In this document: positions 10,194 through 20,495 of the stretch, one piece after another | Layout: each line of letters starts with the position of its first letter | How positions within the stretch are numbered: the first letter of the stretch is position 1 | Source: an uncultured Bdellovibrionales bacterium | Lineage (GTDB): Bacteria; Patescibacteriota; Minisyncoccia; Moranbacterales; UBA1568 | Assembly: GCA_964594215.1 (NCBI GenBank) | Contig: CAZQLN010000004.1 | Coordinates: 862 to 64,861, forward strand | Direction of reading: 5' to 3' | DNA length: 64,000 nt | The notes under the pieces: model-generated | The model's input: only the letters and a program-made list of their open reading frames with translations | Databases searched by the model: none | What the model was told of the DNA's origin: nothing | Translations under genes and position numbers: made by a program

Positions 10194-10276
10194 GCCGAGG
10201 TGGTGGAATGGTAGACACACGGGACTCAAAATCCCGCGATAGCAATATCATGAGGGTTCAAGTCCCTCCCTCGGCA
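10194..10276 (+). tRNA. tRNA-Leu(CAA); CCA end not encoded
   Basis: Acceptor GCCGAGG/CCTCGGC+A, D-arm GGTGGAATGGTAGACAC, anticodon stem CGGGA/TCCCG with loop CT-CAA-AA, long variable arm, T-arm GAGGG-TTCAAGT-CCCTC. Confidence 0.96.
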
Positions 10277-10310
10277 CAATATTAAAAATAGCGCTTCTAG
10301 ATCGTTATTT

Positions 10311-11273
10311 TTATTGGAAAAAATCCTCAATCTTTTTGCCTTGATTCTTTGGTTGTGCCTCCCATTGCTTTTGCATAAAAGCCCAGTATGCTGGAGTATA
10401 TTTTTTAAAAGCCTCTACAAAAAACTTCCACATAACCCGGGCTGTTTCCTGTGGATCTTCATTGTTTAAAATAGCTACTAACTGACTACTCATCTTATCG
10501 AGAGTAGAATTGTTTATATTGTGATTTACAAATAAAGCACCGTTAAAGCTGTTCACCCCTCTTCTCTCGGAAGTAAAAGGGTTATGGGAAAGATCATGTG
10601 GATGATTACCATTTATATAACACCTATACACAGCAAAGGATTGTACTCTGCCCTCTATCTCTCGTTTTAGAGAACCTGGTTTTAAAATATCCACACGATT
10701 AGGCTCAAGAATATTTACTTTCTTTTCGGTCACGGCACTTACATACTCTTCCTCAGAAGCGAGAGGGTACTCATAGATTATAGGGTCGAGTTTGGCATTA
10801 TTCCCAATGGCTTCTAATTTTCCCACTTTCTGATCAAGCATATAACCGAATTGCCCCATTCCTGCTCCTGTGCCATAAAGATTGCCATTAGCCGAAACTC
10901 CAAAGATGAATCCTGGATTTGATGAAGCCAATGTAAGTAACTCTTGCGCTACTCTTGCCTCTTGTTCTTCCTTGCTTACTATCGCCTCTTTCTTTACTGG
11001 TAACTCTTGTTGTACCGCCTTTTCTTGGCCTAACTCTTCATCTATTCGATCAGCTTTAATCGTCTGGTGCTTTTCTGCATGAGCATTCACTTTTCCCTCA
11101 GATTCTCTGGAATGCGCAATACGTTCTGCATCCTGATAAAGAGTTGTTTCTCTTGCTAATGCGACAAATTGCTGAGCCTTTTTCCTTCCCTCTGGTTCTT
11201 GAGCACGAAGATCGCCAAGTGAAGCAGCTAAGCCATCACGATATGTTTTCGCACCAAATTTCTCCATATTCAT
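10311..11273 (-). CDS. Hypothetical protein
   Basis: 320-aa ORF filling the gap between the tRNA and folD; no recognised motif. Confidence 0.7.
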   Translation of the reverse strand: MNMEKFGAKTYRDGLAASLGDLRAQEPEGRKKAQQFVALARETTLYQDAERIAHSRESEGKVNAHAEKHQTIKADRIDEELGQEKAVQQELPVKKEAIVSKEEQEARVAQELLTLASSNPGFIFGVSANGNLYGTGAGMGQFGYMLDQKVGKLEAIGNNAKLDPIIYEYPLASEEEYVSAVTEKKVNILEPNRVDILKPGSLKREIEGRVQSFAVYRCYINGNHPHDLSHNPFTSERRGVNSFNGALFVNHNINNSTLDKMSSQLVAILNNEDPQETARVMWKFFVEAFKKYTPAYWAFMQKQWEAQPKNQGKKIEDFFQ

Positions 11274-11320
11274 ATCGGTAGTCTTTTAATACATTACTCT
11301 CACCTAAAAAATAACATGGG

Positions 11321-12154
11321 TTACACCCTCTTCAAAGTAGCTTCTGTCACCCGAGCCAAAAGCACGGCAACGGTTACGGGACCAACACCACCCGGTACAG
11401 TAGTCACCCAAATATCTTCACGATACACCCCGTCATCACGAGCAATATCTCCTATTACTCTGCCCTTGTCATCATAACTAATGCCACCATCAATGATTAC
11501 TGCACCCTCCTTACAATCAAAAGTAGAAAGTGAGCTCGCATCTCCACTGGCTGAAAGAATGACGTCAAATTCTTTAATAAAGTTTTGAATCCTTTCACTT
11601 TCTTGTTTCAAAACATACCTTGAATCCAGTCCTTCATCTTGAAGCGCCTTCTCCAAAACCTCGCCCATCAAAGCAGAGTTCACAAGAGCAATGCCTGTCT
11701 TACGAGAAAGTTTTGGAGCTGAGCGTACAAGCTCTAACATGGCCCGTGGAAATACTGGCAGGCGCTCTTTATCACCTTCCAAAAACTTTTTAATAGTCTC
11801 TGGATGAAACCCGTCGGTGTCTTTTTGTGGCTCTATAGAGCCAATAATTTTGTCAGTATTCAAGTGATTAGGCAATGGTAGCTGAACGATAATACCGTGA
11901 ATATCGGTCGCACTATTCCACTCCCTGATGATAGAGATTATCTCATCCTCTTGTGTATCAGAAGTAAAAACTTTTTTATAAAAATGAATTCCGAGCTCTC
12001 TAGCACGCTTCTCTTTGATACCAACATACAACTGTGAGGGTGCATCATCACCAACCAGTATCACTCCTAATCCAGGAGTAAGTTGTTCTGTTTGAATACA
12101 CTCTTTTGTAGTATCAAGAATTTTTTTAGCTACCTGAACACCAGAAAGTAACAT
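11321..12154 (-). CDS. folD: Methylenetetrahydrofolate dehydrogenase/cyclohydrolase
   Basis: ILVGDDAPSQLYV..K, IHGIIVQLPLP, KDTDGFH, VPGGVGPVTV. Start moved to MLLSG (12154). Confidence 0.93.
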   Translation of the reverse strand: MLLSGVQVAKKILDTTKECIQTEQLTPGLGVILVGDDAPSQLYVGIKEKRARELGIHFYKKVFTSDTQEDEIISIIREWNSATDIHGIIVQLPLPNHLNTDKIIGSIEPQKDTDGFHPETIKKFLEGDKERLPVFPRAMLELVRSAPKLSRKTGIALVNSALMGEVLEKALQDEGLDSRYVLKQESERIQNFIKEFDVILSASGDASSLSTFDCKEGAVIIDGGISYDDKGRVIGDIARDDGVYREDIWVTTVPGGVGPVTVAVLLARVTEATLKRV

Positions 12155-12158
12155 GCTC

Positions 12159-12926
12159 TTAGAGAATAAAAAGTAAGAAAAGAATACCAACCAAAATACG
12201 ATAATACCCAAAAGAAACAAACGTATGAGTCTGCACAAACTGGATAAAGAACTTCATGGCGACCAGGGCTACTAAATAAGCTGTAACAAAACCAAGAAGG
12301 AGCATGCTTCCATCAGCACTTCCCAATGCCCCGCTACTTTCATATAAATCTTTAGCAGTAGCCGCTATCATAGTTGGCACCGCTAAGAGAAATGAGAATT
12401 CTACAATCACACTCCGTTCCATACCGATAACAAGCCCCCCGAGGATAGTAGCTCCCGCTCGAGACACCCCTGGAACAACCGCTAAAGCCTGGAAAATACC
12501 GATAGTAAAGGCTCTTTTATAAGTAATCTGATCAAGTGACGTAATCGTTTTGGTTTTTTTATCCTGAAAATACTCAATCCCTAAAATCGCTAAACCTCCT
12601 AAAATCAATGCCCAAGCTACCACCTCTGGTGCCGCAAAGAGAGACTTGATAAACGGGTAAAAGAACGCCCCTATCACAATAGCAGGTAACACACCTACAA
12701 TCAGTTTTTTATTCATGTCCCAATCAAGAAGAAAGCGTTTGAAGTATAATGTTACGACAGCTAGGATAGCTCCCAACTGAATTACTACTTCAAATGTTGA
12801 AAGAAAGTCTGTATACGAGAGACCTAATAACTTTGAGGCGAGAATAAGATGCCCCGTTGAAGATACTGGCAAAAACTCTGTCAGCCCTTCTACCACTCCA
12901 AGAATAATCGCATCGAGAAAATTCAT
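12159..12926 (-). CDS. uppP: Undecaprenyl-diphosphate phosphatase
   Basis: GVVEGLTEFLPVSSTGH, IQLGAILAV, PGVSRAG, EFSFLLAVP. Confidence 0.96.
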   Translation of the reverse strand: MNFLDAIILGVVEGLTEFLPVSSTGHLILASKLLGLSYTDFLSTFEVVIQLGAILAVVTLYFKRFLLDWDMNKKLIVGVLPAIVIGAFFYPFIKSLFAAPEVVAWALILGGLAILGIEYFQDKKTKTITSLDQITYKRAFTIGIFQALAVVPGVSRAGATILGGLVIGMERSVIVEFSFLLAVPTMIAATAKDLYESSGALGSADGSMLLLGFVTAYLVALVAMKFFIQFVQTHTFVSFGYYRILVGILFLLFIL

Positions 12927-12935
12927 AGCCTATGA

Positions 12936-13610
12936 CTAAAAAAGAGCCCCAGGTAATTTATCAAGTGTCAAAACAGGCGCATGCTCTGTCTTAGCTGACT
13001 CAAGAAGTGCCTTGTTACCGTGGAGTTCGTGAATAGTATCCCAATTACGCAGTTCCGGGTATCGTTTGAGGATTTCTTCTAAGATCTCAACAGTCACCCG
13101 TACATCAGCCGCTCCTGAGTGAGCATTAACATGCTCCTTACCACAATAGAGTTTATACGCCGCTGTCAGATTGCGTGGCTTGAACATATCTCGAGGCTCT
13201 TTGGAGTGATAGAGGATTTTGGCATCAAGAATTTTCTTCTGACTAAAGTCAAAAGTCTTACCGACACTAGCAAAAGTATTCCGAAGAAATGGAAGATCAA
13301 AACCAGTTATATTAAATCCCCCAACATCAGCTCCATCGAAAGTGTTCCAGAGGCCAAAAGCGAGGGTGGCAAAGCTGGGACAGTCAGCCACATCAGCATC
13401 ACTGATACCATTGATTTTGGTAGCCACTTCAGGAATAGGCATGCCTGGATTTATGCGCAAAACCTCAGCGATTATTTCACCGTTGGGCATGATTTTCTCA
13501 TAGGCAATCTCGAGAATCTTATCCTCTACAGTAGAGAGTCCGGTCGTTTCAAGGTCAAAGACAATCAAAGGTCGCTCAAGCGGTAAAAAGTCAGTGATAG
13601 TTGTTCTCAT
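12936..13610 (-). CDS. DEDDh 3'-5' exonuclease (DnaQ-like)
   Basis: FDLETTGL, FNITGFDLPFL, AHSGAADV. Start moved to MRTT (13610). Confidence 0.88.
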   Translation of the reverse strand: MRTTITDFLPLERPLIVFDLETTGLSTVEDKILEIAYEKIMPNGEIIAEVLRINPGMPIPEVATKINGISDADVADCPSFATLAFGLWNTFDGADVGGFNITGFDLPFLRNTFASVGKTFDFSQKKILDAKILYHSKEPRDMFKPRNLTAAYKLYCGKEHVNAHSGAADVRVTVEILEEILKRYPELRNWDTIHELHGNKALLESAKTEHAPVLTLDKLPGALF

Positions 13611-13761
13611 ACTGGGAAATATCAAGTATAAAGTATTGAATATTAAGCAAAAAGCAAAGAGCCACTCCTTGCTCATACTTATCTATAATACCGTATCCCC
13701 TGCTGGCTGTATATATTTTTGCCTTCCAAAAACCATCACTCTCACTAAGAAGTCAGATGCC

Positions 13762-14247
13762 TTAGCTGCTTATTAAAGACTTCATTTCGACTTCGTTTTC
13801 GGTATCAAAACAATGGAGTTGACTTAGATTAGATGAGAACCTGGCCATACTATCTTGATTATCTTTGAGGTTGCCATAAGATGCAAAGAGATCACTCACT
13901 CGAGAAACAAAATCTATAAGCTTGGCATCGTAAGATCCAGAGAGTACATTTCTCTCATTCACATCTTCCAAAGCATCGATGCCTTGCTGTAATTTTGCAA
14001 AATGTTCAAATAATTCATTATTTACTAAAATGCTCGCCAAAAAATCTTCAGCCCGCTGTTGTGGGTGCTTAAAATGCTTCATATAGGCATCTGAAAGTCC
14101 AATCAATGTATCCTGCGTACTTAACTCTTCATAAAATGTATTAAAGGGGGCCGCTACATCTAAATTGGCTAGCTCTTTATTGATTTCATTGAACGCTTCT
14201 GATTTTCGATATTTTTCTGACGTGGGTCTATCAAAGCTAAATTTCAT
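13762..14247 (-). CDS. Hypothetical protein
   Basis: 161-aa AT-rich ORF; no recognised motif. Confidence 0.6.
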   Translation of the reverse strand: MKFSFDRPTSEKYRKSEAFNEINKELANLDVAAPFNTFYEELSTQDTLIGLSDAYMKHFKHPQQRAEDFLASILVNNELFEHFAKLQQGIDALEDVNERNVLSGSYDAKLIDFVSRVSDLFASYGNLKDNQDSMARFSSNLSQLHCFDTENEVEMKSLISS

Positions 14248-14304
14248 AAGTATTACTCTAATATTTACTTAATTGAATTATAGCAGATTTTAAGAAAAAG
14301 GCTT

Positions 14305-16134
14305 TTATTCAACAGTTACTGACTTCGCCAAATTACGTGGTTTATCGACATCATAGCCTAGCTCTACACTCATGTAGTAAGCAAAGAGCTGGAGTGGGAT
14401 GATAGAGAGGAGTGGCGTCAGCATCTCGATGGTTTTTGGTATGTAAATCACAGCATCAGCCTTCTTAGCTACGCCTGTATTCCCCTTGGTCGTAATAGCT
14501 AGCACCGCTCCACCACGAGCCTTGATTTCTTCAAGTCCCGAAAGGTTTTTCTCATACACGCTATCCTCAGGCACCACTACCACCGAAAGAGAACCTTTGT
14601 CTACTAGAGCTATGGGGCCATGCTTCATCTCACCAGTGGCGTAGCCCTCGGCAGAGACATAGGCAATTTCTTTGATCTTGAGCGCTCCCTCGAAAGCAAT
14701 GGGGAAGTTGTACTTACGTCCCAGAAAAAGATAGTTCTTACGGCCTTTGAATTTCTTGGCTAATTTCTTCATTTCCTTACTCGTCTCAAGTACCTGCTCC
14801 ATCAGTTTCGGCAGCTGCTCAAGAGCGCGTGCAATCTTCTTGCCATCGGTGAACGAGAGACCCCTTCTCCGTCCCAAAAACAGGGTCAGGAGAGCAAGAA
14901 CCCCTAGTTGTGAGGTGAATGCCTTAGTCGAGGCTACACTGACCTCACGGCCCGCATGATTGTATATGCCCGCGTGGGTTTCTCGAGCGATAGTAGAACC
15001 CACTGTATTCACGATTCCAAGAACTAACGCCCCTTGACGTTTGGCTTCTCGCAACGCCGCGAGAGTATCAGCTGTCTCGCCCGATTGGGAAATGGCTATC
15101 ACAGCTGTATATTTATCAATCAATAGTTTACGATAACGAAATTCCGAGGCAAATTCTACTTCTGCGGGGATCAAGGCAAATTCTTCCAACATATACTCAC
15201 CCACCAAACTCGCATGGTACGATGTGCCGCAAGATACCAGAATAATTTTCTTAATACTCTGTAGACGCTTCTCCACTTCACGCAACCCCCCTAGTCTTGC
15301 CGTACCTTCAGTGGTTATAAGTCTCCCTCGCATAGCATCTTCGAGTGCTCGCGGTTGTTCATGAATCTCCTTGAGCATGAAGTGTGGGTAGCCATCACGT
15401 TTCGCCTCAGTCTCTGACCATTCTACATCTATCACTTCTTTTTGATTGATTTTACCTCCCCTATGAACGGTATAACCATTTAGAGTCAATACAGCGTATT
15501 CACCATCATCGAGATAGACTACTTTTCTCGTATGTGGAAGAAGTGGAGAAACATCAGAGGCCACAAACCACTCATCTTTACCGACACCAATCACTAATGG
15601 ACTCCCCATGCGTGCAATCAGAATCTTATCTGGCTCTGACTGTCTCAACACAGCAATCCCGTAAGTACCTTTCAGTTTTTTGAGAACATTCCGAAAAGCT
15701 TCCTCAAAAGTTTTTCCTTCATCAAGGGCTGCTCGAAGTAGATGCACAATGACCTCACTATCTGTCTCAGAACGAAAAATGACTTTTTTTCTCTTGAGCT
15801 CATTACGAAGTTCTCCGTAATTTTCAATAATCCCATTGTGGACCAGGGCAATTTCCTTCGTGCTATCAGTATGGGGGTGAGCGTTTTTCTCGCTCGGCTT
15901 TCCATGAGTGGCCCAACGAGTATGGGCGATACCGACATTGCCGACTACACTTACTTTCTCCAGCTTTTCTTCCAGATTGGCTACTTTACCCACGGCTTTG
16001 ACTACACGGACCTTACCCGCTCCCAACACAGCCATACCAGCACTATCATAGCCACGATACTCGAGCCGTTTCAATCCTTCTAATAGTAAATCTTTGGCTT
16101 CCCGCTTCCCTATATAGCCGATGATACCGCACAT
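14305..16134 (-). CDS. glmS: Glutamine-fructose-6-phosphate aminotransferase
   Basis: MCGIIGY start, EYRGYDSAG, HTRWATHG, SQSGETAD, C-terminal PRNLAKSVTVE. Confidence 0.98.
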   Translation of the reverse strand: MCGIIGYIGKREAKDLLLEGLKRLEYRGYDSAGMAVLGAGKVRVVKAVGKVANLEEKLEKVSVVGNVGIAHTRWATHGKPSEKNAHPHTDSTKEIALVHNGIIENYGELRNELKRKKVIFRSETDSEVIVHLLRAALDEGKTFEEAFRNVLKKLKGTYGIAVLRQSEPDKILIARMGSPLVIGVGKDEWFVASDVSPLLPHTRKVVYLDDGEYAVLTLNGYTVHRGGKINQKEVIDVEWSETEAKRDGYPHFMLKEIHEQPRALEDAMRGRLITTEGTARLGGLREVEKRLQSIKKIILVSCGTSYHASLVGEYMLEEFALIPAEVEFASEFRYRKLLIDKYTAVIAISQSGETADTLAALREAKRQGALVLGIVNTVGSTIARETHAGIYNHAGREVSVASTKAFTSQLGVLALLTLFLGRRRGLSFTDGKKIARALEQLPKLMEQVLETSKEMKKLAKKFKGRKNYLFLGRKYNFPIAFEGALKIKEIAYVSAEGYATGEMKHGPIALVDKGSLSVVVVPEDSVYEKNLSGLEEIKARGGAVLAITTKGNTGVAKKADAVIYIPKTIEMLTPLLSIIPLQLFAYYMSVELGYDVDKPRNLAKSVTVE

Positions 16135-16144
16135 AGAAATTATT

Positions 16145-16774
16145 TTAGTGACTAAAGGTAAGCAGCTCGTTTAAGCTCTGGATCTCGTGGCGAGCCCCAC
16201 AGTTTCGAGAACACTGACGACCAAGCTCTGGTCGATTCATATGAAATGTTAGCACACTGCCATTATCCTGGAGAGTTCTCATGTACTCAGAACGATCATC
16301 AATAAACCAGACTGTTTCTCCGAGTTTTTTGGCCTCTTCTTGTAGAAGTCTAGCTTTATCGCTAGCGATAATAATTACTTCATCGAACAAATGACTGATC
16401 CCACTCGCGATAATTTTTTGTTTTTGAAATTGCTGATGACCGAAAGTAAGGAGAATGAAATAGGCGCCACGCTGCTTAAGCTCGATCAAAAATTTCCTAA
16501 CATCAGCAAAAATGAAACTCCTCTTTTCTCTCAGGATATTCTCTATTGTTATGAGAGCTTCTTCTATATCAGTTTCTCGCCAACCAAGAATCTCCATTTG
16601 CCGTCTAGGTGTAAACAACTCTCCTTCAAGTAGGGTACCGTTGGTAAAAAATGTATAGCTTTTTTCAATTTCTCTTTCCGTGCTGCCATAAGCAAGCAAT
16701 AGTGGTTTGTAGTACTCCTGGTAAAAAGTCTGTGTCGCTAATAATGTATTATCAAGATCCAAATAGACGTGCAT
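16145..16774 (-). CDS. HAD-superfamily hydrolase
   Basis: YLDLDNTL motif I and FIDD motif IV. Start moved to MHVYL (16774). Confidence 0.85.
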   Translation of the reverse strand: MHVYLDLDNTLLATQTFYQEYYKPLLLAYGSTEREIEKSYTFFTNGTLLEGELFTPRRQMEILGWRETDIEEALITIENILREKRSFIFADVRKFLIELKQRGAYFILLTFGHQQFQKQKIIASGISHLFDEVIIIASDKARLLQEEAKKLGETVWFIDDRSEYMRTLQDNGSVLTFHMNRPELGRQCSRNCGARHEIQSLNELLTFSH

Positions 16775-16779
16775 ATATT

Positions 16780-17472
16780 CTAGAGAAAATACTGCTGAAT
16801 AAAAGCTTCTGCTTTGGGAATATCCTCTGGACAACCCACCGATTGCCATGCCCGAACCTTTTTGACAGCCACTGGTATATCTTTGGCCATGACTACTACG
16901 GTTTGTGGTAACCCGAATTCTTTCTCAGTGATTTGTACGAGCGGGTACGAGAAAAATGATTGTGGCAAAACATAGGCTCCTACACAGACATCTCCTGTCT
17001 GTCTTTCGTGTGGACGCTCTATAACTGACATTAATTTCCCACTTCTATCAATTCCCAAAAGACCAAATGGTTGAGCATTCTCTACATACAAGCCTCCGAT
17101 AGCCCCTTCACCGCTAGGTGTTGCTAAAAACTCTCTAAGATCTAGCGGATGATACAGATCATCTCCCATTGTAACCAACACCGACCCCTGCACATAGGGA
17201 GCCACTAATTGCATTGCTCCACCAGAACCATTCAACACCTCTTGAGTTATATACGTAATTTTTCTTCCTTGCCATTCAGTGCCGAAATACTCTCTAATCT
17301 GTTCTTGAAGATAGCCTACTACCAAAATCACCTCATCTACCTCATCTGGCAGCGTCTCCAAACGCCACTCAAGAAGTGGCTTATTAAGAAGTCTTACCAT
17401 GGGCTTCGGGCAATCATGACAAAGCTCACGCATCCGTGTTCCTAGTCCAGCCGCGAGTATTACTGCTTGCAT
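16780..17472 (-). CDS. Sugar-phosphate nucleotidyltransferase (GlmU N-domain-like)
   Basis: ILAAGLGTRM..PKPM, GDDLY; no acetyltransferase domain; lies upstream of glmS. Confidence 0.85.
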   Translation of the reverse strand: MQAVILAAGLGTRMRELCHDCPKPMVRLLNKPLLEWRLETLPDEVDEVILVVGYLQEQIREYFGTEWQGRKITYITQEVLNGSGGAMQLVAPYVQGSVLVTMGDDLYHPLDLREFLATPSGEGAIGGLYVENAQPFGLLGIDRSGKLMSVIERPHERQTGDVCVGAYVLPQSFFSYPLVQITEKEFGLPQTVVVMAKDIPVAVKKVRAWQSVGCPEDIPKAEAFIQQYFL

Positions 17473-17475
17473 AAG

Positions 17476-20397
17476 CTACGAGACAACAATACTAATCAGT
17501 TTATTGGGTACCACAATAACTTTCCTGACTGTTTGGCTACCAATAGTTTCTTGCACTTTTTCTCTTGCAAGAGCAAGTTTTTCCACTTCTTCATTTGAAA
17601 GATCAAGTGCACCCTGGAATTGATCACGAATTTTACCATTAATCTGTACCATCAGTGTCACCTCTGCTACCACTACCTTGCTCGGATCAAAAACAGGCCA
17701 AGTCATCTCAAAAAGAGTTCCTTCTCCATCATTTTTTTGCCAAAGCTCTTCAGTAATATGCGGAGCATAGGGAGCTAAGATTCGTAGAAAAAGTTTCAGC
17801 TGTTCCCGAGTTAAGCCATTTTTTTCGATTATATTCACTGCTCCCATAAGCGCCGCTACTCCAGTATTCATCTTAAGAAGACTAATACTTTCCTCTACCT
17901 TGGCTATGGTTTGATGTAGGATTCTTTCTGTCTCATTTTTTTTATCATCAGAAAGTCCCTCATCTACCTTAAAGTGAAGTTTCCATACTCGATCAAGAAA
18001 ACGTCTCACTCCCACAATACTCTCTGGATTCCATGGGTAAGCCCCCACTTCATTATACGGACCAATGAAAGCCAGGTAGACACGAATGGTGTCCGCACCT
18101 AATTCCGCAACCAGTTCATCTGGATCAATCACATTTCCTTTAGATTTGCTCATCTTATTGCCGTCTGGCCCAAGAATAAGACTGCGGTTCATACGCCTGG
18201 TATAGGGCTCCACCTCATTAACGAGCCCTAAATCATAAAGTGCCTTATGAAAAAAACGTGAGTACAGTAAGTGCATAGTGGTATGTTCTGCTCCACCACT
18301 ATACAAATCTACCGGCATCCAGGCAGCTAGTTTGTTTTTATCAGCAAATACTTCTCTATTTGATGGATCACAATAACGCAAGAAATACCAACTACTATCC
18401 ACAAAAGTATCTAGGGTGTCTGTCTCACGACGAGCCGATTTACCACATTTTGGACATACTGTGTTTACAAAATCCTTGTTCTTAGAAAGCGGGCTCTCGC
18501 CGTTGTCATTAGGAAGATAGTCCCTTACGGCCGGTAGTTCTATCGGTAAGTCTTCGTCTGCTACCGGTTGCCAACCACACTTTTCACAGTGAATAAGCGG
18601 GATCGGACAGCCCCAATAACGCTGACGACTCACACCCCAGTCACGAAGACGGTAAGTCTTTGTCATCCTACCATGTACTTTTTCGATAATCTTTCCTTTG
18701 GCGTCATTGCCTGACAGTCCATCAAATTCACCAGACTGTACCAAAATACCGTCTGCACTTACAAGAGCACTCTCCTCTTGTCGCTCAAATAATTCTATGG
18801 CCCATTTAGCCTCTGCTACAGTAAAATAATTCTTGACCGCACTCTTCTCAACCCATACTAGTTCATGTTGAGCACTATCCTCTTCACTGATAGCTATCTG
18901 TTCATCATCAATAAGTTCAAAAAAGGCAAAGCTCCACAAAGCATGGCGGTTAATTTTCTTACCCCGATGATAGAATTTGGTATGTTTCTGGATATTGGGT
19001 GTACCAATAAATTTCACGTTCTTATAGCCCGTTTCTTCGAGGAGCTCCCTCCGCGCTGATTGCTCGATACTCTCACCTTCATCTATACCTCCAGTCACTA
19101 CCCCACGCATATCAAAATTTTTCCAAGATATTGCTAAGTAAGAATCCCGCTTTGGATCATAGAGTGCGATAGCTACATTATTTCTAGCCTCTGTCTTTTC
19201 TTCGGGTCGATAAGCATCATCACGGTTACCTTCCGTCACCACACACTCTTCAATCACCTTCTTAATCGGCAGACTAAACTTCTTAGCAAAAGCGAAGTCG
19301 CGCTCATCATGACCCGGTACCGCCATGATAGCTCCAGTACCATAGCCAGCTAATACATAATCAGCCACGTATAGAGGGATTTCTTCTCCCGTTGCCGGGT
19401 TAATAGCTACTACTCCGCCAAGCAGTACTCCCGTCTTTTCTTTAGCGGTATTAGTACGCTCTATCTCAGTTTTCTTCTTAGCGGCCTCTACGTAAGCTCT
19501 CACTTCCTCTTTATTAGAAAGAACATCATGATCATCCTGCAAAGCCAGAGTTACCCAAAGATGTTCAGGCGCCAAAACCATATAGGTTACCCCATAGAGA
19601 GTGTCTGGTCGCGTAGTAAAAACCGTTAACTGTGCTCGTTCACCATCTGGTCCACGGTTATCATTAGCCTCTACATTATGGGTAAAGCGAAGAAGGAAAT
19701 CTATCTCCGCCCCATCACTTCGGCCTATCCAATTTTTCTGAGCAGTCTTGATTTCTTCAGGCCAATCAAGCCCCTTCAGATCATCTATTAACCTATCAGC
19801 ATAGGCCGTAATTCGTAGTTGCCATTGCTTCATAGTTTTCTTCTCGATCTGAGCCCCACAACGCTCACAAGTGCCATTGATAACCTGTTCATTAGCCAAA
19901 ACTGTTTTGTCAGTCGGACACCAATTGGCAAGGGTTTCTCGCTCCTCGACTAATCCTGCTCTAAAAAGCTGAATAAACAACCACTGAGTCCATCGGTAGT
20001 ATTGGGGATCACAGGTTGCTATGGCACGAGACCAATCAAATATAGCTCCCATAGACTGAAGCTGGGTTTTCATATAGTCCATGTTTTGGTAGGTCCACAC
20101 TCGTGGATCTAAACCTCGCTTGATAGCGGCATTTTCAGCAGGAAGACCAAAGGCATCGAAACCAATGGGATAGAGGACATTCTTACCACGCATTCGCTCA
20201 AAGCGAGCTCGTATGTCGGGCACTGCAAAAGCGTACCAGTGACCAACGTGTAAGTTGCCTGATGGATAGGCAAATTCTACCAACTGATAGAAATTCTCTT
20301 TTCCTTCTACAGTATCTAAAACGACATGCAGGTTGCGCTCAGCCCACAAAGCCTGCCATTTTGGTTCAATAATTTCTGGTTGGTAGAGGTTTTCCAT
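17476..20397 (-). CDS. leuS: Leucine-tRNA ligase with an internal Nudix domain
   Basis: YPSGNLHVGH, FTTRPDTL, GYGTGAIMAVPGHDERD, SRQRYWG, KMSKS; Nudix box at 19027-19092. Confidence 0.97.
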   Translation of the reverse strand: MENLYQPEIIEPKWQALWAERNLHVVLDTVEGKENFYQLVEFAYPSGNLHVGHWYAFAVPDIRARFERMRGKNVLYPIGFDAFGLPAENAAIKRGLDPRVWTYQNMDYMKTQLQSMGAIFDWSRAIATCDPQYYRWTQWLFIQLFRAGLVEERETLANWCPTDKTVLANEQVINGTCERCGAQIEKKTMKQWQLRITAYADRLIDDLKGLDWPEEIKTAQKNWIGRSDGAEIDFLLRFTHNVEANDNRGPDGERAQLTVFTTRPDTLYGVTYMVLAPEHLWVTLALQDDHDVLSNKEEVRAYVEAAKKKTEIERTNTAKEKTGVLLGGVVAINPATGEEIPLYVADYVLAGYGTGAIMAVPGHDERDFAFAKKFSLPIKKVIEECVVTEGNRDDAYRPEEKTEARNNVAIALYDPKRDSYLAISWKNFDMRGVVTGGIDEGESIEQSARRELLEETGYKNVKFIGTPNIQKHTKFYHRGKKINRHALWSFAFFELIDDEQIAISEEDSAQHELVWVEKSAVKNYFTVAEAKWAIELFERQEESALVSADGILVQSGEFDGLSGNDAKGKIIEKVHGRMTKTYRLRDWGVSRQRYWGCPIPLIHCEKCGWQPVADEDLPIELPAVRDYLPNDNGESPLSKNKDFVNTVCPKCGKSARRETDTLDTFVDSSWYFLRYCDPSNREVFADKNKLAAWMPVDLYSGGAEHTTMHLLYSRFFHKALYDLGLVNEVEPYTRRMNRSLILGPDGNKMSKSKGNVIDPDELVAELGADTIRVYLAFIGPYNEVGAYPWNPESIVGVRRFLDRVWKLHFKVDEGLSDDKKNETERILHQTIAKVEESISLLKMNTGVAALMGAVNIIEKNGLTREQLKLFLRILAPYAPHITEELWQKNDGEGTLFEMTWPVFDPSKVVVAEVTLMVQINGKIRDQFQGALDLSNEEVEKLALAREKVQETIGSQTVRKVIVVPNKLISIVVS

Positions 20398-20443
20398 AAA
20401 CAGAGTACCTCTACTATATGCCAATTTAAGCCAATAATCAAGA

Positions 20444-20476
20444 ATCCCACAGCTTTTCAGAGAAAAAGCGTGGGAT
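20444..20476. terminator. Stem-loop after the atp operon/response regulator
   Basis: ATCCCAC-A-GCTTTT ... AAAAGC-GTGGGAT inverted repeat. Confidence 0.5.
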
Positions 20477-20495
20477 GAAATTTAGTCTATAATTC

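Noticed and set aside
10194-11273. Prophage or island integrated at tRNA-Leu
   Set aside because: No integrase and no duplicated tRNA 3' end seen.
16135-16144. glmS ribozyme
   Set aside because: Only 10 nt separate glmS from the upstream gene.
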